Shown one piece after another: positions 1-9,592 of a stretch of DNA of 64,000 nt (its first letter is position 1; each line of letters begins with the position of its first letter). The translations under genes and the position numbers were made by a program. The DNA comes from a virus (lineage: Duplodnaviria; Caudoviricetes): the IMG/VR virus record IMGVR_UViG_3300027672_000010, positions 1 to 64,000 of that record; one strand, given 5' to 3'. The notes below the pieces were generated by a model. That model ran no database searches and had not been told where the DNA came from. It was given only the letters and a program-made list of their open reading frames with translations.

Positions 1-348
1 TGGTCTACTCGTAAACTACCCCCTCTTAAAGGTGCCAAGCGAAAGCGAACAGTCGTTAAACAATCTGACTGGCAGGACTACTACGGTTCGTCCGAACACC
101 TGAAGGAAGCAGTAGAACAAAAAGGTACCGAAGCATACCACCGAGAAATCCTACATCTTTGTAAGACCAAAGGCGAATGCTCCTACCTAGAAGCAAAGGA
201 ACAGTTTGATCGTGATGTACTATTACGAGATGACTACTACAACGCGTTCATTGGTTGTAAGATCCACGCCAAACATCTCCCCAAATCTCTCCAACCTTTC
301 ATAGAAAGACCGCCTACCAGTACTTGGAAGCGTAATACCTTTCCGTAA
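1..348 (+). CDS. denA: Endonuclease II-like GIY-YIG nuclease, 5' partial (not in ORF track)
   Basis: Frame 1 reads WSTRKLPPLKG...SDWQDYYGSS...REILHLCKTKGECSYLEAKEQF...YYNAFIG to TAA at 346-348; motif typical of T4-like DenA. Confidence 0.75.
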   Translation, partial: WSTRKLPPLKGAKRKRTVVKQSDWQDYYGSSEHLKEAVEQKGTEAYHREILHLCKTKGECSYLEAKEQFDRDVLLRDDYYNAFIGCKIHAKHLPKSLQPFIERPPTSTWKRNTFP

Positions 349-386
349 ATAAGAACCGGATAAGTTAAATGAGTCACCGAAAGTAC

Positions 387-415
387 TTGCTTTTATTACA
401 AGAGTAGGGTATAAT
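387..415 (+). promoter_or_regulatory. Early sigma70-type promoter P1
   Basis: TTGCTT-17nt-TATAAT; about 45 nt nearly identical to P2. Confidence 0.85.
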
Positions 416-441
416 AGGTACTTAATTAATTGAGAAAGAAT

Positions 442-651
442 ATGAATATGAATATGAACGAATTATCCGATACAAACTTGAGTCTATACGAATTATCCGA
501 TGTAAACTTTGATAACTACCAAGAATATATTATGGACAATGCTTGCCCTTCTGAGGTCACCATCTGTAATAGTCAAACACTTCTGGAGGCGGCAGAGAAT
601 TCCTACCTTCTAGAAGACTTCATTCAATCTTCCTCTTTCGTGACTGAATAG
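442..651 (+). CDS. Small acidic early hypothetical protein
   Basis: ORF directly downstream of P1. Confidence 0.6.
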   Translation: MNMNMNELSDTNLSLYELSDVNFDNYQEYIMDNACPSEVTICNSQTLLEAAENSYLLEDFIQSSSFVTE

Positions 652-674
652 TTTGAATCAGTCACCGGAAGTAC

Positions 675-703
675 TTGCTTTTATTACAAGAGTAGGGTAT
701 AAT
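675..703 (+). promoter_or_regulatory. Early sigma70-type promoter P2
   Basis: TTGCTT-17nt-TATAAT. Confidence 0.85.
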
Positions 704-735
704 ACTTGTATTGAATTGATTGAGAGAAATAAATT

Positions 736-927
736 ATGAAGAACTTACCTACTGTCTGCGGTTACTTAGGAGCGATCCTAATGGCAATCTTTGCCTTTCA
801 CATGAACCCTGTCATTGCTATCGTAGGTCTGTGTCTGTTGTCTGTCCAAAGTACCAATGCTCGAATGTGGAACCTAGTAGCACTAAACTTCATTAGTGTC
901 TGTGGATTCATTACTCAACTGATCTAA
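736..927 (+). CDS. Small hydrophobic membrane protein
   Basis: 63 aa, mostly hydrophobic, follows P2 with GAGAG RBS. Confidence 0.65.
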   Translation: MKNLPTVCGYLGAILMAIFAFHMNPVIAIVGLCLLSVQSTNARMWNLVALNFISVCGFITQLI

Positions 928-938
928 GGAAATATATT

Positions 939-1145
939 ATGATGAAAGCAAAAGATTTATATGACGCGAAGTGTAAAGCAATCGAGTACTTCAAAGTCCC
1001 CAAGAGCAAGACTAACCTTGTTGCGGTGGAACCGGGATACGAATGGGTGCGTGGGCGGGCGGGGGACTGTGTGCGTGTTTGTGTAGGGTGGTTCGCATTC
1101 TACAACCAAAAGAAAGTCGCAATTATGAGGGAGTACTTAGTATGA
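939..1145 (+). CDS. Hypothetical protein
   Basis: AAGGA RBS, operonic spacing. Confidence 0.6.
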   Translation: MMKAKDLYDAKCKAIEYFKVPKSKTNLVAVEPGYEWVRGRAGDCVRVCVGWFAFYNQKKVAIMREYLV

Positions 1146-1312
1146 GAGCATTACTTGGAGCGTTCTTAATAATGGGTGCGGTTGGTAGTCAAGACTACGC
1201 AATCGAAGCAGGTGAGGTTGCGCCTCATATAGGTTTGACTATGGCATATGCTTTGGCAGGTTTCACCTTAGTCTATTACGGTCTAAAGAAACATATCATT
1301 ATAACAAAATAG
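1142..1312 (+). CDS. Small membrane protein (MRALLGAF...)
   Basis: ATGA overlap with upstream stop, GGAG RBS, two hydrophobic stretches. Confidence 0.6.
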   Translation: MRALLGAFLIMGAVGSQDYAIEAGEVAPHIGLTMAYALAGFTLVYYGLKKHIIITK

Positions 1313-1325
1313 TCTAATAATACTG

Positions 1326-1354
1326 TTGACTTTAAAACAAGTCTAGGGTATAAT
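1326..1354 (+). promoter_or_regulatory. Early sigma70-type promoter P3
   Basis: TTGACT-17nt-TATAAT. Confidence 0.85.
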
Positions 1355-1391
1355 AGGTACTTAGTTAATCGAGTTGAGAGAGAAAATAGTT

Positions 1392-1916
1392 ATGGCATAC
1401 ATTAGTCAAGAAGAGAAAAAAGAGTTCACTCCTGCGATCAAAGCAGTCCTAAAGAAGTACGGTATGAAAGGTACCCTTGCTATCCGTCATCACAGCACTT
1501 TAGTCTGTAACATTAAAAGCGGTGATCTAGATATCATCGGTTGTAACAACAAGACCACTATGAAAAGCAATCGCTACTACGACACCAACGTCTATGACCT
1601 TCGTGGTAAGATGGCGCGTCTTCAAGAGCAGTACATTCAAGTCAACCCTTACTGGATCGACGAGAACTATGCCGAAGATCAAAAAGTTGTTGCTTTCATT
1701 AAAGAACTCAAAGAAGCAATGGAAGGGCCACGTTTCTTCAACGAAGATGATAGCATGACCGATTACTTCCACCGTAGTCACTACACCGACATCAATGTCG
1801 GAAACTACAACACACCTTACGAGTGTACTACCGAAGGTTATGATATACAAGAAGACCTTGATATGCTTCAGGGACGCATTGATGACCTAGAGCGTGAAGA
1901 TAAGATGGTCGCATAA
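1392..1916 (+). CDS. Conserved phage early hypothetical protein
   Basis: MAYISQEEKK...RHHSTLV...DDSMTDYF motifs seen in phage early proteins; follows P3. Confidence 0.75.
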   Translation: MAYISQEEKKEFTPAIKAVLKKYGMKGTLAIRHHSTLVCNIKSGDLDIIGCNNKTTMKSNRYYDTNVYDLRGKMARLQEQYIQVNPYWIDENYAEDQKVVAFIKELKEAMEGPRFFNEDDSMTDYFHRSHYTDINVGNYNTPYECTTEGYDIQEDLDMLQGRIDDLEREDKMVA

Positions 1917-1983
1917 ATGAAAGGATAAACCTACCGGGCCCTCCCTGAGTAAATACTCGTTGGCACTCGGCATGATGGTTTTC

Positions 1984-2023
1984 TCCCCCCCTCTTTTCGA
2001 AAGTGATTGGGGGGGTTTTTTTT
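1984..2023 (+). terminator. Rho-independent terminator
   Basis: C-run/G-run stem followed by T8. Confidence 0.75.
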
Positions 2024-2096
2024 ACATTTAGCACAGTTATAAGTAACTGTACAAACTCTCTAAACACTATATACTATTAGAAACAGGAATTATTTA

Positions 2097-2525
2097 ATGG
2101 CACATTACCGAACTTACGAGGTCTTTGAAGTATTTGACCTCTTCGCAAAAACAACTGATAACGCAGAACGTGTTGCGTTGTTACAAAAGCACGACACTCC
2201 GGCACTGCGAGATGTCCTGCGTGGAACCTTCGATGATCGCCTTGTGTGGATCTTGCCTGAAGGTACGCCACCCTATACCCCGAACCGTCCAGAGTCATCT
2301 CCGCAAAGTCTCCATAAAGCACATAAAGAATTTGGATACTATGTCAAAGGTGGTTATGGTAACAACATGAACTCTATGAAGAGAGAATCCATGTTTATGC
2401 GTATGCTCGAAAGTGTACACCCTTCCGATGCAAATATAATCTTGAGCATGGTAGCGAAGAAGCGACCAGTCAAGTACCTTAACAAGAAACTAGCACAGGA
2501 GACTTTCCCTAACTTAATACCGTAA
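2097..2525 (+). CDS. Conserved T4-like marine phage hypothetical protein
   Basis: LRGTFDDRLVWILPEGTPPY...RESMFMRMLESVHP motif; AGGA RBS. Confidence 0.75.
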   Translation: MAHYRTYEVFEVFDLFAKTTDNAERVALLQKHDTPALRDVLRGTFDDRLVWILPEGTPPYTPNRPESSPQSLHKAHKEFGYYVKGGYGNNMNSMKRESMFMRMLESVHPSDANIILSMVAKKRPVKYLNKKLAQETFPNLIP

Positions 2526-2565
2526 CCCCTAAACCCACTTAACCGTAATAGAAAGAGAGGTGTTG

Positions 2566-2730
2566 ATGTCGAAGAACCAAATAGATCGATTGAAGAAGGA
2601 CAACAAAGAACTAGGTCATTACATTGCTAAACTTCATAAGAAGGGCAAAACAGATCTGGCATATAAGATGTCCAAGAAGCAAGACTTTTTAAATCAAACT
2701 ATCGCAGATACTCTGCAAATGACTCAATAA
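2566..2730 (+). CDS. Small basic protein, 54 aa (not in ORF track)
   Basis: GAGG RBS; MSKNQIDRLKKD...QMTQ*. Confidence 0.6.
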   Translation: MSKNQIDRLKKDNKELGHYIAKLHKKGKTDLAYKMSKKQDFLNQTIADTLQMTQ

Positions 2731-2797
2731 GGAAGGTGATCCATATCTCTTCATCCCTCTTCGGAGGGGTGTCGTATGGACAGTTAGGACAAATATT

Positions 2798-3034
2798 ATG
2801 CCATTATATGACTTTAGAAACATAGAGACCGATGAGATTACCGAAGCAGTAGTATCCATCGCAAACTATGATCAATACCTCATCGATAACCCCCATCTAG
2901 TAAGGACGTTCACCAAGGCACCTAGTCTGGTGTCAGGTAGTAAGTCTGCTCTGAGTATGGCGGGGTCGGGACACCGTGAACTATTACAACGAATCAAAGA
3001 AGGTTCGGGAGAAGGGAATACTATTAAGACATGA
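2798..3034 (+). CDS. FmdB-like small regulatory protein
   Basis: MPLYDF start, position upstream of phoH as in T4-like phages. Confidence 0.6.
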   Translation: MPLYDFRNIETDEITEAVVSIANYDQYLIDNPHLVRTFTKAPSLVSGSKSALSMAGSGHRELLQRIKEGSGEGNTIKT

Positions 3035-3768
3035 AACCAAAACTCGCGCATAAACCAAAGACCTTACGCATAGATGATCTGCTTACCGTAGACCCTATGA
3101 CTACAGGACAGGAAGAAGTATTTAAAGGATATAAGTCTGGAGATCACATTGTGATGTCTGGTAGCGCAGGAACAGGCAAGACGTTCACTGCTCTTTATCT
3201 GGCACTCGAAGAAGTGTTGAATAAAAGCAACCAATATTCACAGGTTGTTGTGTGTAGGTCAATCGTACCTACGCGAGAGATCGGATTCCTTCCGGGAACA
3301 TTGGAAGAGAAGATGGATGCGTACACCGCACCCTACAAAACAATTTGTGCTGAGTTGTTTGATGACAGCGAAGCATACTCTAAACTTAACGAGAATGGAA
3401 GTATAGAGTTTATTAGTACATCTCACATCCGTGGTACCACTATCAATGATGCGGTAATCGTGGTGGATGAGATGCAGAACTTGACATTCCACGAATTAGA
3501 TAGTATAATAACTCGTGTAGGTCAGAACTGTAAGATCATATTCTGTGGTGACTACTACCAGTCTGACTTCGTTAAAGACGGAGATAAGAATGGTATCATC
3601 CGTTTCATGGATATCCTTGAAATGATGAAAGGTTTCACAGTAGTAGAATTCACTTGGAAAGATATTGTACGTTCGGACTTCGTTCGTGACTATATAATGA
3701 CTAAGGAAATGATGGGCGATAAAGATAACGCTCGTAGACCAAACGGCAAGAAATTTCTCAGGGAGTAA
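3031..3768 (+). CDS. phoH: PhoH-like ATPase
   Basis: GSAGTGKT Walker A, GFLPG, RGTT, DEMQN, GDYYQSD, DIVRS motifs. Confidence 0.95.
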   Translation: MKPKLAHKPKTLRIDDLLTVDPMTTGQEEVFKGYKSGDHIVMSGSAGTGKTFTALYLALEEVLNKSNQYSQVVVCRSIVPTREIGFLPGTLEEKMDAYTAPYKTICAELFDDSEAYSKLNENGSIEFISTSHIRGTTINDAVIVVDEMQNLTFHELDSIITRVGQNCKIIFCGDYYQSDFVKDGDKNGIIRFMDILEMMKGFTVVEFTWKDIVRSDFVRDYIMTKEMMGDKDNARRPNGKKFLRE

Positions 3769-3951
3769 ATGATGCCAACTAAATTTAAAGAGAGTAGTGT
3801 GATTCGTGCGAAGGGTTCTGGTAAAGCAACAGTTCAACACTTCTACATGAAGGATACACCGACTAAAGTATTAGAAGAAGCACTGGAACGCGCAATACCA
3901 AAAATGAAGCAGAAGATCAACAATGAGTTGGTCAAGCGGAGTTTAGCGTAA
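3769..3951 (+). CDS. Small basic hypothetical protein
   Basis: Abuts phoH and overlaps next start. Confidence 0.6.
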   Translation: MMPTKFKESSVIRAKGSGKATVQHFYMKDTPTKVLEEALERAIPKMKQKINNELVKRSLA

Positions 3952-4565
3952 TGAAATACCCTGCCTACGATCCTGATGGTAACGTTATTCGTAATGCCAC
4001 CTATAATGTCGAACTGATAAAGAGACGTTATAACGCTTGGCATACCTACGAGGAACAGGCACTCGCATTGGGTTGTGTCTCTCACGAGAAGATGGCAGAG
4101 GTAATGAATGACCTACCAGATATCGAACAACGAACAGACAAAGCAGATATTGGTTGTGGTACTGGACTTCTCGCCAAAGCATGGCGAAGGGGAGACATGG
4201 TTGGATATGATGTGTCTATTGGTCAGGTAGAAATTGCACGAGCGAGTGGAAGATATGCTCGTGTGTCAGAACTTGATATTAATGAACATCCTTTACCAAA
4301 GAAATATGACTTAATTACTGCGTGTGATCTATTTAACTTAGAACTTGCCACCGCAGAATGTTTGCCTAATGTGGCATCTAGTCTCAAAGAAGGTGGTCTA
4401 TTGATAATGACAATGCCACAGCACAGTGGGTACCATGACGAAGCAGGTTGGCAATTCCAAACATCTTTTGAGCAGGTAAGCGAAACTGAGGAATATGTCT
4501 ATTGTCGCGGTGAGATTTCTGGTAATGATAAGTATCATAAAGTGATAACGTGGAGAAAGTTATAA
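3951..4565 (+). CDS. Class I SAM-dependent methyltransferase
   Basis: DIGCGTG motif I, GYDVS, YDLI, LKEGG. Confidence 0.85.
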   Translation: MKYPAYDPDGNVIRNATYNVELIKRRYNAWHTYEEQALALGCVSHEKMAEVMNDLPDIEQRTDKADIGCGTGLLAKAWRRGDMVGYDVSIGQVEIARASGRYARVSELDINEHPLPKKYDLITACDLFNLELATAECLPNVASSLKEGGLLIMTMPQHSGYHDEAGWQFQTSFEQVSETEEYVYCRGEISGNDKYHKVITWRKL

Positions 4566-4568
4566 GTA

Positions 4569-5117
4569 ATGGATCATGTACAGTCTTACCCAGTCAAAGA
4601 CTACAAGGAGTGGAGAGAAAGGTTTTTAAATGAAGTGTCGTTAGAAGATGGATATTCTATCTACGGTGATTACGATATCACCCATGATTTTCATCCATTG
4701 TCTAATCGTATCGAAAAGAAGTCTCAGTTATTTCAGAGATACTTTTTAGAGATGGTCGCACCTGCTCTTGATCAATATTGCAAATCATGGGGATGCGAAG
4801 ACTGGGGGATAGTGACTGCATGGGTACATAAATATGAGACAGGTGGTGAGTATATACACCATACCCACACATTATGTAATATGGCAGGAGTCGTTCATCT
4901 ATTATTAGATGATGAGAAAGACCATACATATATAGAGTATTACAGCAAACCTATTAAAGAGGGCGAGGTTGTTCTATTACCATCTATGCATCCACACTCG
5001 TGTAAACCAGTGAATGCCAAGAAGATTGTTATATCCTTTAATTGGAATATGCATGGGGATATGAAACAATACGCGTCACCTAGAATTAAACAATCGGAGA
5101 AGAAGAATGAGCAGTAA
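4569..5117 (+). CDS. Putative 2OG-Fe(II) oxygenase (HxH...H type)
   Basis: HTH...EGEVVLLPSMHPH...KIVISFN; paralog of 9065 and 9592. Confidence 0.7.
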   Translation: MDHVQSYPVKDYKEWRERFLNEVSLEDGYSIYGDYDITHDFHPLSNRIEKKSQLFQRYFLEMVAPALDQYCKSWGCEDWGIVTAWVHKYETGGEYIHHTHTLCNMAGVVHLLLDDEKDHTYIEYYSKPIKEGEVVLLPSMHPHSCKPVNAKKIVISFNWNMHGDMKQYASPRIKQSEKKNEQ

Positions 5118-5559
5118 ACAGAGACAAGAGATTTTCGAAACCCTAAAGATAGACGAAGGAGTCAAGTATGAAATCTATGCCGATCACCTCGGTTACCCTA
5201 CTTTCGGAGTCGGCCATCTCGTACTCGAATCGGATGCGGAAAGCGGAATGGATCTCGGAACACCTATTAGCGAAGAACGTGTTGCACAATGTTTCGACGC
5301 AGACCTTAACCTATCCATCGCAGAATGTGTTGCTCTATACGGAGATGGGTTCAATGACTTCCCGGATGCCGCACAGCAAGTACTGGTTAATATGATGTTC
5401 AATATGGGACGCACACGTCTTGGTAAGTTCAAGAACTTCCGTGCCGCATTAGAAGACCATGACTGGAAACGCGCAGGTGTCGAAGGACGAGATAGTCTGT
5501 GGTATAAGCAAGTAACAAACCGTGCCGAACGATTAATGGTACGATTAGAATCAATCTAA
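5107..5559 (+). CDS. T4-type lysozyme (GH24) endolysin
   Basis: DEG...YADHLGYPTFGVGHL catalytic E/D/T, NMMFNMG, SLWYKQVTNRA. Confidence 0.92.
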   Translation: MSSKQRQEIFETLKIDEGVKYEIYADHLGYPTFGVGHLVLESDAESGMDLGTPISEERVAQCFDADLNLSIAECVALYGDGFNDFPDAAQQVLVNMMFNMGRTRLGKFKNFRAALEDHDWKRAGVEGRDSLWYKQVTNRAERLMVRLESI

Positions 5560-5572
5560 AGGATGACCAATC

Positions 5573-5713
5573 ATGGCAAAGTACACACGCCACGATGATA
5601 GTAATAAGAAACGTGATAAGCATAAGAAGTTGTACCAATCAGGTGTAACTAAATTAAGGATCAAGGACGTAGACACTGAGCGTCCTAGATCTAAGAAACT
5701 ATTGATGAGATAA
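5573..5713 (+). CDS. Small basic protein, 46 aa (not in ORF track)
   Basis: AAGGA RBS; MAKYTRHDDSNKKRDKHKK... Confidence 0.55.
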   Translation: MAKYTRHDDSNKKRDKHKKLYQSGVTKLRIKDVDTERPRSKKLLMR

Positions 5714-5714
5714 T

Positions 5715-6539
5715 ATGAAGAACGCGATATTCCAGTACATGGTAGTTAATGATAAAGTTGATGAACGTGGGATGATCAAGGACAGGAAGAGAGGTGAACT
5801 GTATCTAGAAGTTGCGGAACATTCTCGAAAATCCTTCGAACAGTATGCCTTAACCATAGGTGCGGATCATCACTATGCTGATACACTAGAGTTCGTTAAG
5901 TCAGATGACAGTACCGCATTGTTGTTTGAATGTTTGCGCGTAATATATGACCCTATGTTTGACCAGTACGACAAGGTATTGTTTGCTGATACTGATATCA
6001 TGGTCAACACCGACGAGGACATCTTTGATCTCTGCGAAGAGGGAGAAGTCTTTGGTGTCCTAGAGAGTGACTATGTAACTTCTGGGGGTGGTGGTTACAA
6101 CTCGTGGGACTATAAGAAACAGAACTTCGCAGACTTCTCTGCCAAGTATCAATATCACGACATTCCTGTCGTGCCAGTATTCGCACCAAACAAACCATCC
6201 AAGATCACCATCCTTAATACAGGTATGGTCATATGGTCTAAGGAAGCACGTCTTCGTGCGCGTGAGTTGTTTATGGACTGGGAAGAGTGGTTCTTCGCAC
6301 CAGAGGCACAGTACCATATGTCTATTATGAACGACCAACCTTTCATATCAGGTCAGTTGATGGAACACGACTTTGACCTAGTAACCATTCCCCAGACGTG
6401 GAACGACTCCCCACACTATGTCACAGAGAAGGTATTCTTTGAGACTGCCAAGATGTGTCACTATACAGGTGGTGAGTGGAAGTTAGATATGCTACGTCAC
6501 ATCAAAGAAGGTCGATTCAGTCAGTACTACAAACAGTAA
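5715..6539 (+). CDS. GT-A glycosyltransferase (GT8-like)
   Basis: FADTD DxD, NTG, NDQ, WN, H-Y-T motifs. Confidence 0.8.
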   Translation: MKNAIFQYMVVNDKVDERGMIKDRKRGELYLEVAEHSRKSFEQYALTIGADHHYADTLEFVKSDDSTALLFECLRVIYDPMFDQYDKVLFADTDIMVNTDEDIFDLCEEGEVFGVLESDYVTSGGGGYNSWDYKKQNFADFSAKYQYHDIPVVPVFAPNKPSKITILNTGMVIWSKEARLRARELFMDWEEWFFAPEAQYHMSIMNDQPFISGQLMEHDFDLVTIPQTWNDSPHYVTEKVFFETAKMCHYTGGEWKLDMLRHIKEGRFSQYYKQ

Positions 6540-6577
6540 TCCGGTCACGCTTAATTGAAATTAATTCTCGAAATCAC

Positions 6578-6606
6578 TTGACTTCAAAACAATAGTAGGG
6601 TATAAT
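6578..6606 (+). promoter_or_regulatory. Early sigma70-type promoter P4
   Basis: TTGACT-17nt-TATAAT; 3' part identical to P2. Confidence 0.85.
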
Positions 6607-6643
6607 ACTTGTATTGAATTGATTAATGAAGAGAGAAATGATT

Positions 6644-6856
6644 ATGAATGAAGCACAAACTGTTGAGAAGATGATAGAACTGATTCGCGCAAATGGCGGT
6701 GAGAATGCCGCCACAGACTCGCGAGATGGTGGTGCCAACTATATGTTGGGTTACCTCGGTTCAACGATAGTATCACTTGCCACTAAGTACCCCGAAGTAC
6801 TCGAAGAAGTTAACAACACGATTGATTGGTTGGAAACATCTCGCGTCAAACACTGA
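6644..6856 (+). CDS. Early hypothetical protein
   Basis: Follows P4 with GAGAG RBS. Confidence 0.65.
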   Translation: MNEAQTVEKMIELIRANGGENAATDSRDGGANYMLGYLGSTIVSLATKYPEVLEEVNNTIDWLETSRVKH

Positions 6857-6873
6857 TTGGAGGCACAATAATA

Positions 6874-7017
6874 ATGAAACATACACCTAGATATGTTAGA
6901 TTCAATGACGGAGTGGAGTTCATCTCAGAAGGTGAGTTCCAAATTTTAGACGAATGGTTCTGGGAGTTGAGAGATCACTACCCAGTTGGTTATAAGAAAA
7001 GAGAGAATTATGTATAA
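6874..7017 (+). CDS. Small hypothetical protein
   Basis: GGAGG RBS. Confidence 0.5.
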   Translation: MKHTPRYVRFNDGVEFISEGEFQILDEWFWELRDHYPVGYKKRENYV

Positions 7018-7591
7018 CGATGAGAAAATAATATTAACAGACATTGATGGTGTAGTCCTTAACTGGGCATACGCTTTCCATGTTTGGATGTCCGAACAAG
7101 GACAAGAGATTAAGAAAGAACACTGCTACGACATATCAGAGACATATGGTTTATCATATCCTGAAGGTAAGTTCCTAGTAAGAATGTTCAACGAGAGTTC
7201 TATGATGGGGTTCCTACCTCCTCTTAGAGACGCAATGCATTACATGAAGAAGTTACACGAAGAGCATGGATATGTATTCCACGCGATCACTAGTCAAAGT
7301 AATCAGGTCAACGCACAGAAGTTGAGGATTATGAACCTAGAGAAGTTGTTCGGTGAGACCCTGTTCGAGAAGTTTATCATTCTTGGATGTGGTGATGACA
7401 AGGACGAAGCACTAGAACCTTACAGAGACTCTGGATATATCTGGGTAGAAGACAAGGTTAAGAATGCTGAGTTAGGTGTTGAGTTAGGACTAGACTCTAT
7501 ACTGATGGAACATAGTTTCAATATGCACCACGAGACTATCAAACTTGCCAAGAACTGGAAAGACATCTACGAATACATAACAGGTATCTAA
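7010..7591 (+). CDS. HAD-family phosphatase/5'-nucleotidase-like (T4 30.2-like)
   Basis: DIDGVV motif I, AITS, WVEDK motif. Confidence 0.85.
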   Translation: MYNDEKIILTDIDGVVLNWAYAFHVWMSEQGQEIKKEHCYDISETYGLSYPEGKFLVRMFNESSMMGFLPPLRDAMHYMKKLHEEHGYVFHAITSQSNQVNAQKLRIMNLEKLFGETLFEKFIILGCGDDKDEALEPYRDSGYIWVEDKVKNAELGVELGLDSILMEHSFNMHHETIKLAKNWKDIYEYITGI

Positions 7592-7630
7592 AGCATATAT
7601 ACTCTCATAGACAACCCATGAGAATATAAT

Positions 7631-9064
7631 ATGAGATACGTTGGTTTTAGTGAAGACTTCCATGACTCTGCACTATCAATAATAGACAAAGGAGTGGTGA
7701 CCTATGCGTCCCACTCCGAACGCTATTCCAAGAAGAAGAACGACAAGAAAATCCACGAAGATCTATGGAGTGAGGTTCGAGAAGATGACTCGCTTTCATT
7801 CTACGAAGGTGATCAAATATCACCCAGTGGTTTTATCCACAGAAGAAACACCTCCCATCACGGAAAAGCATTACAACCAATATACTACCACAACCATCAC
7901 AAGTCGCATTGTGCTATGGCATTCTACACACGTCCGTGGGAATCTACCAAAGATACCGTAATGGTTTCTATTGATGGAGTAGGAGAAGGTCAGTGTGCTA
8001 CCATATACAACCACAAGTTTGAGTTACTACACAAATGGGATAACCCTAAGTCTGTAGGATTAGTCTACACTACTGCCACAGATCTGTTGGGTTTACGTCC
8101 ACTTGAAGATGAGTATGTTGTTATGGGACTAAGTTCTTATGGCACCGCACCCCCAGATATGGTAAAATACCTTATCGGTTGGTGGAACAGTATTCGAGAC
8201 TTCCCAGAACATAAATCAGATGCCGAACTCATAAGACGTATGGACTATAGAACTGCAATGAGAAACGAACTGACTAAGTTCCTTGCAGTCAATAGCAGAG
8301 AAGACTTTGCGGCAGGTATCCAAGAGTTTGCTAAGTATGGCATAATGACAGTAATGACACTCGCAAGACAGTGGGGATCCAAAGTTGTCTACGGTGGTGG
8401 GTGCGCACAGAATGTTGTTATCAATACATTAATACACAAGATGTTCGATGAGGTACATATTGCTATCTCACCCACAGACGCAGGATCGTCATTGGGTTGT
8501 GCGGCATTGCAGTGGGCAAAGGAAACTGGAGGAGATCGATTAGTTTGGTCACCATATTCCGGTTACAACATAAGAAGAGAGGTTAACCCTCGTCTAGTAG
8601 TCGATCACCTGTTAGACGCTAAAGTATGCGGTCTGGCGAACGGTAAAGCAGAGTTTGGCCCAAGAGCGTTAGGTAATAGATCTTTGATAGCAGACGTGCG
8701 ATATGACGTAAAAGACACAGTAAACGATATAAAGCAGAGACAGAAGTACCGTCCATTCGCCCCTGCTATCCTAGAAGAGTATGCGGACGAGTACTTCTCT
8801 GGCCCTATGAATGAATATATGCAATACACCTCGATTGCCAAACACGATTATGATTCAGTCACCCACGTTGATGGTACTGCTCGTGTCCAGATAGTCAAGA
8901 AGGATTGTAAGTCAGTCTTCCGTAAAGTCATCGAAGAATACTATGAGAGGACAGGAGTTCCTATGTTACTAAATACTAGTCTAAACATTCGAGGAAGACC
9001 GATGGTTAATGATGAGCATGATGCTCACCTCTGGGAACAGAAGTACGGTGTAAAGGTATTCTAG
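7631..9064 (+). CDS. Carbamoyltransferase (NodU/CmcH family)
   Basis: HDSA, HHKSH, DGVGE, GGCAQN, AEFGPRALGNRS, RPFAP, HVDGTAR, LNTSLN. Confidence 0.95.
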   Translation: MRYVGFSEDFHDSALSIIDKGVVTYASHSERYSKKKNDKKIHEDLWSEVREDDSLSFYEGDQISPSGFIHRRNTSHHGKALQPIYYHNHHKSHCAMAFYTRPWESTKDTVMVSIDGVGEGQCATIYNHKFELLHKWDNPKSVGLVYTTATDLLGLRPLEDEYVVMGLSSYGTAPPDMVKYLIGWWNSIRDFPEHKSDAELIRRMDYRTAMRNELTKFLAVNSREDFAAGIQEFAKYGIMTVMTLARQWGSKVVYGGGCAQNVVINTLIHKMFDEVHIAISPTDAGSSLGCAALQWAKETGGDRLVWSPYSGYNIRREVNPRLVVDHLLDAKVCGLANGKAEFGPRALGNRSLIADVRYDVKDTVNDIKQRQKYRPFAPAILEEYADEYFSGPMNEYMQYTSIAKHDYDSVTHVDGTARVQIVKKDCKSVFRKVIEEYYERTGVPMLLNTSLNIRGRPMVNDEHDAHLWEQKYGVKVF

Positions 9065-9592
9065 GTGGAGTTCATAAAGAAGTATAAGATCCAACACTTC
9101 GAACAGTACCAGAGAGTGTTTCTCAAATACATAGAACAGGAAAGAAAAGACAAACCCTGTATATGGAGAGATGACGAAGATGCCGTTGATAATGTGCATA
9201 GTGATTGGTTAGAAATTGCCGATGCGAGATACTGGGATCTTGTTTTACAAATAATAGCAGAACCCATGCAGAATTATATGAAACAGGGTGGCACAGACTA
9301 TTATGAAATGCTTACCTGTTGGTGGACTCAGTATGACGAAGGTGGCACATTTGACTGGCACACTCACGAAGGTTGCAACCTAGTCGCAGTACTACAGTTA
9401 CAAATTGATGACCCTAGTGACAGTACAAAGATATGGGGTTACAATGAAGTGTTAAAGGAAGGTGAGTTAGTGATATATCCTGCAAGCGCGGCACACACTG
9501 GCAGTCCTGCTAAAGGTAAGAAGACTATCATTGGCATGAACTTTAATGTTATGATCGGTAATGGAACAAGTGGATATAGGAAATATGGTTAA
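9065..9592 (+). CDS. Putative 2OG-Fe(II) oxygenase
   Basis: WHTHEGCN...EGELVIYP...H. Confidence 0.7.
   Translation: MEFIKKYKIQHFEQYQRVFLKYIEQERKDKPCIWRDDEDAVDNVHSDWLEIADARYWDLVLQIIAEPMQNYMKQGGTDYYEMLTCWWTQYDEGGTFDWHTHEGCNLVAVLQLQIDDPSDSTKIWGYNEVLKEGELVIYPASAAHTGSPAKGKKTIIGMNFNVMIGNGTSGYRKYG

Noticed and set aside
1-348. Homing endonuclease
   Set aside because: The short GIY-YIG C-terminal part fits DenA-like endonuclease II better and lacks a DNA-binding extension; the N-terminus is outside the window.
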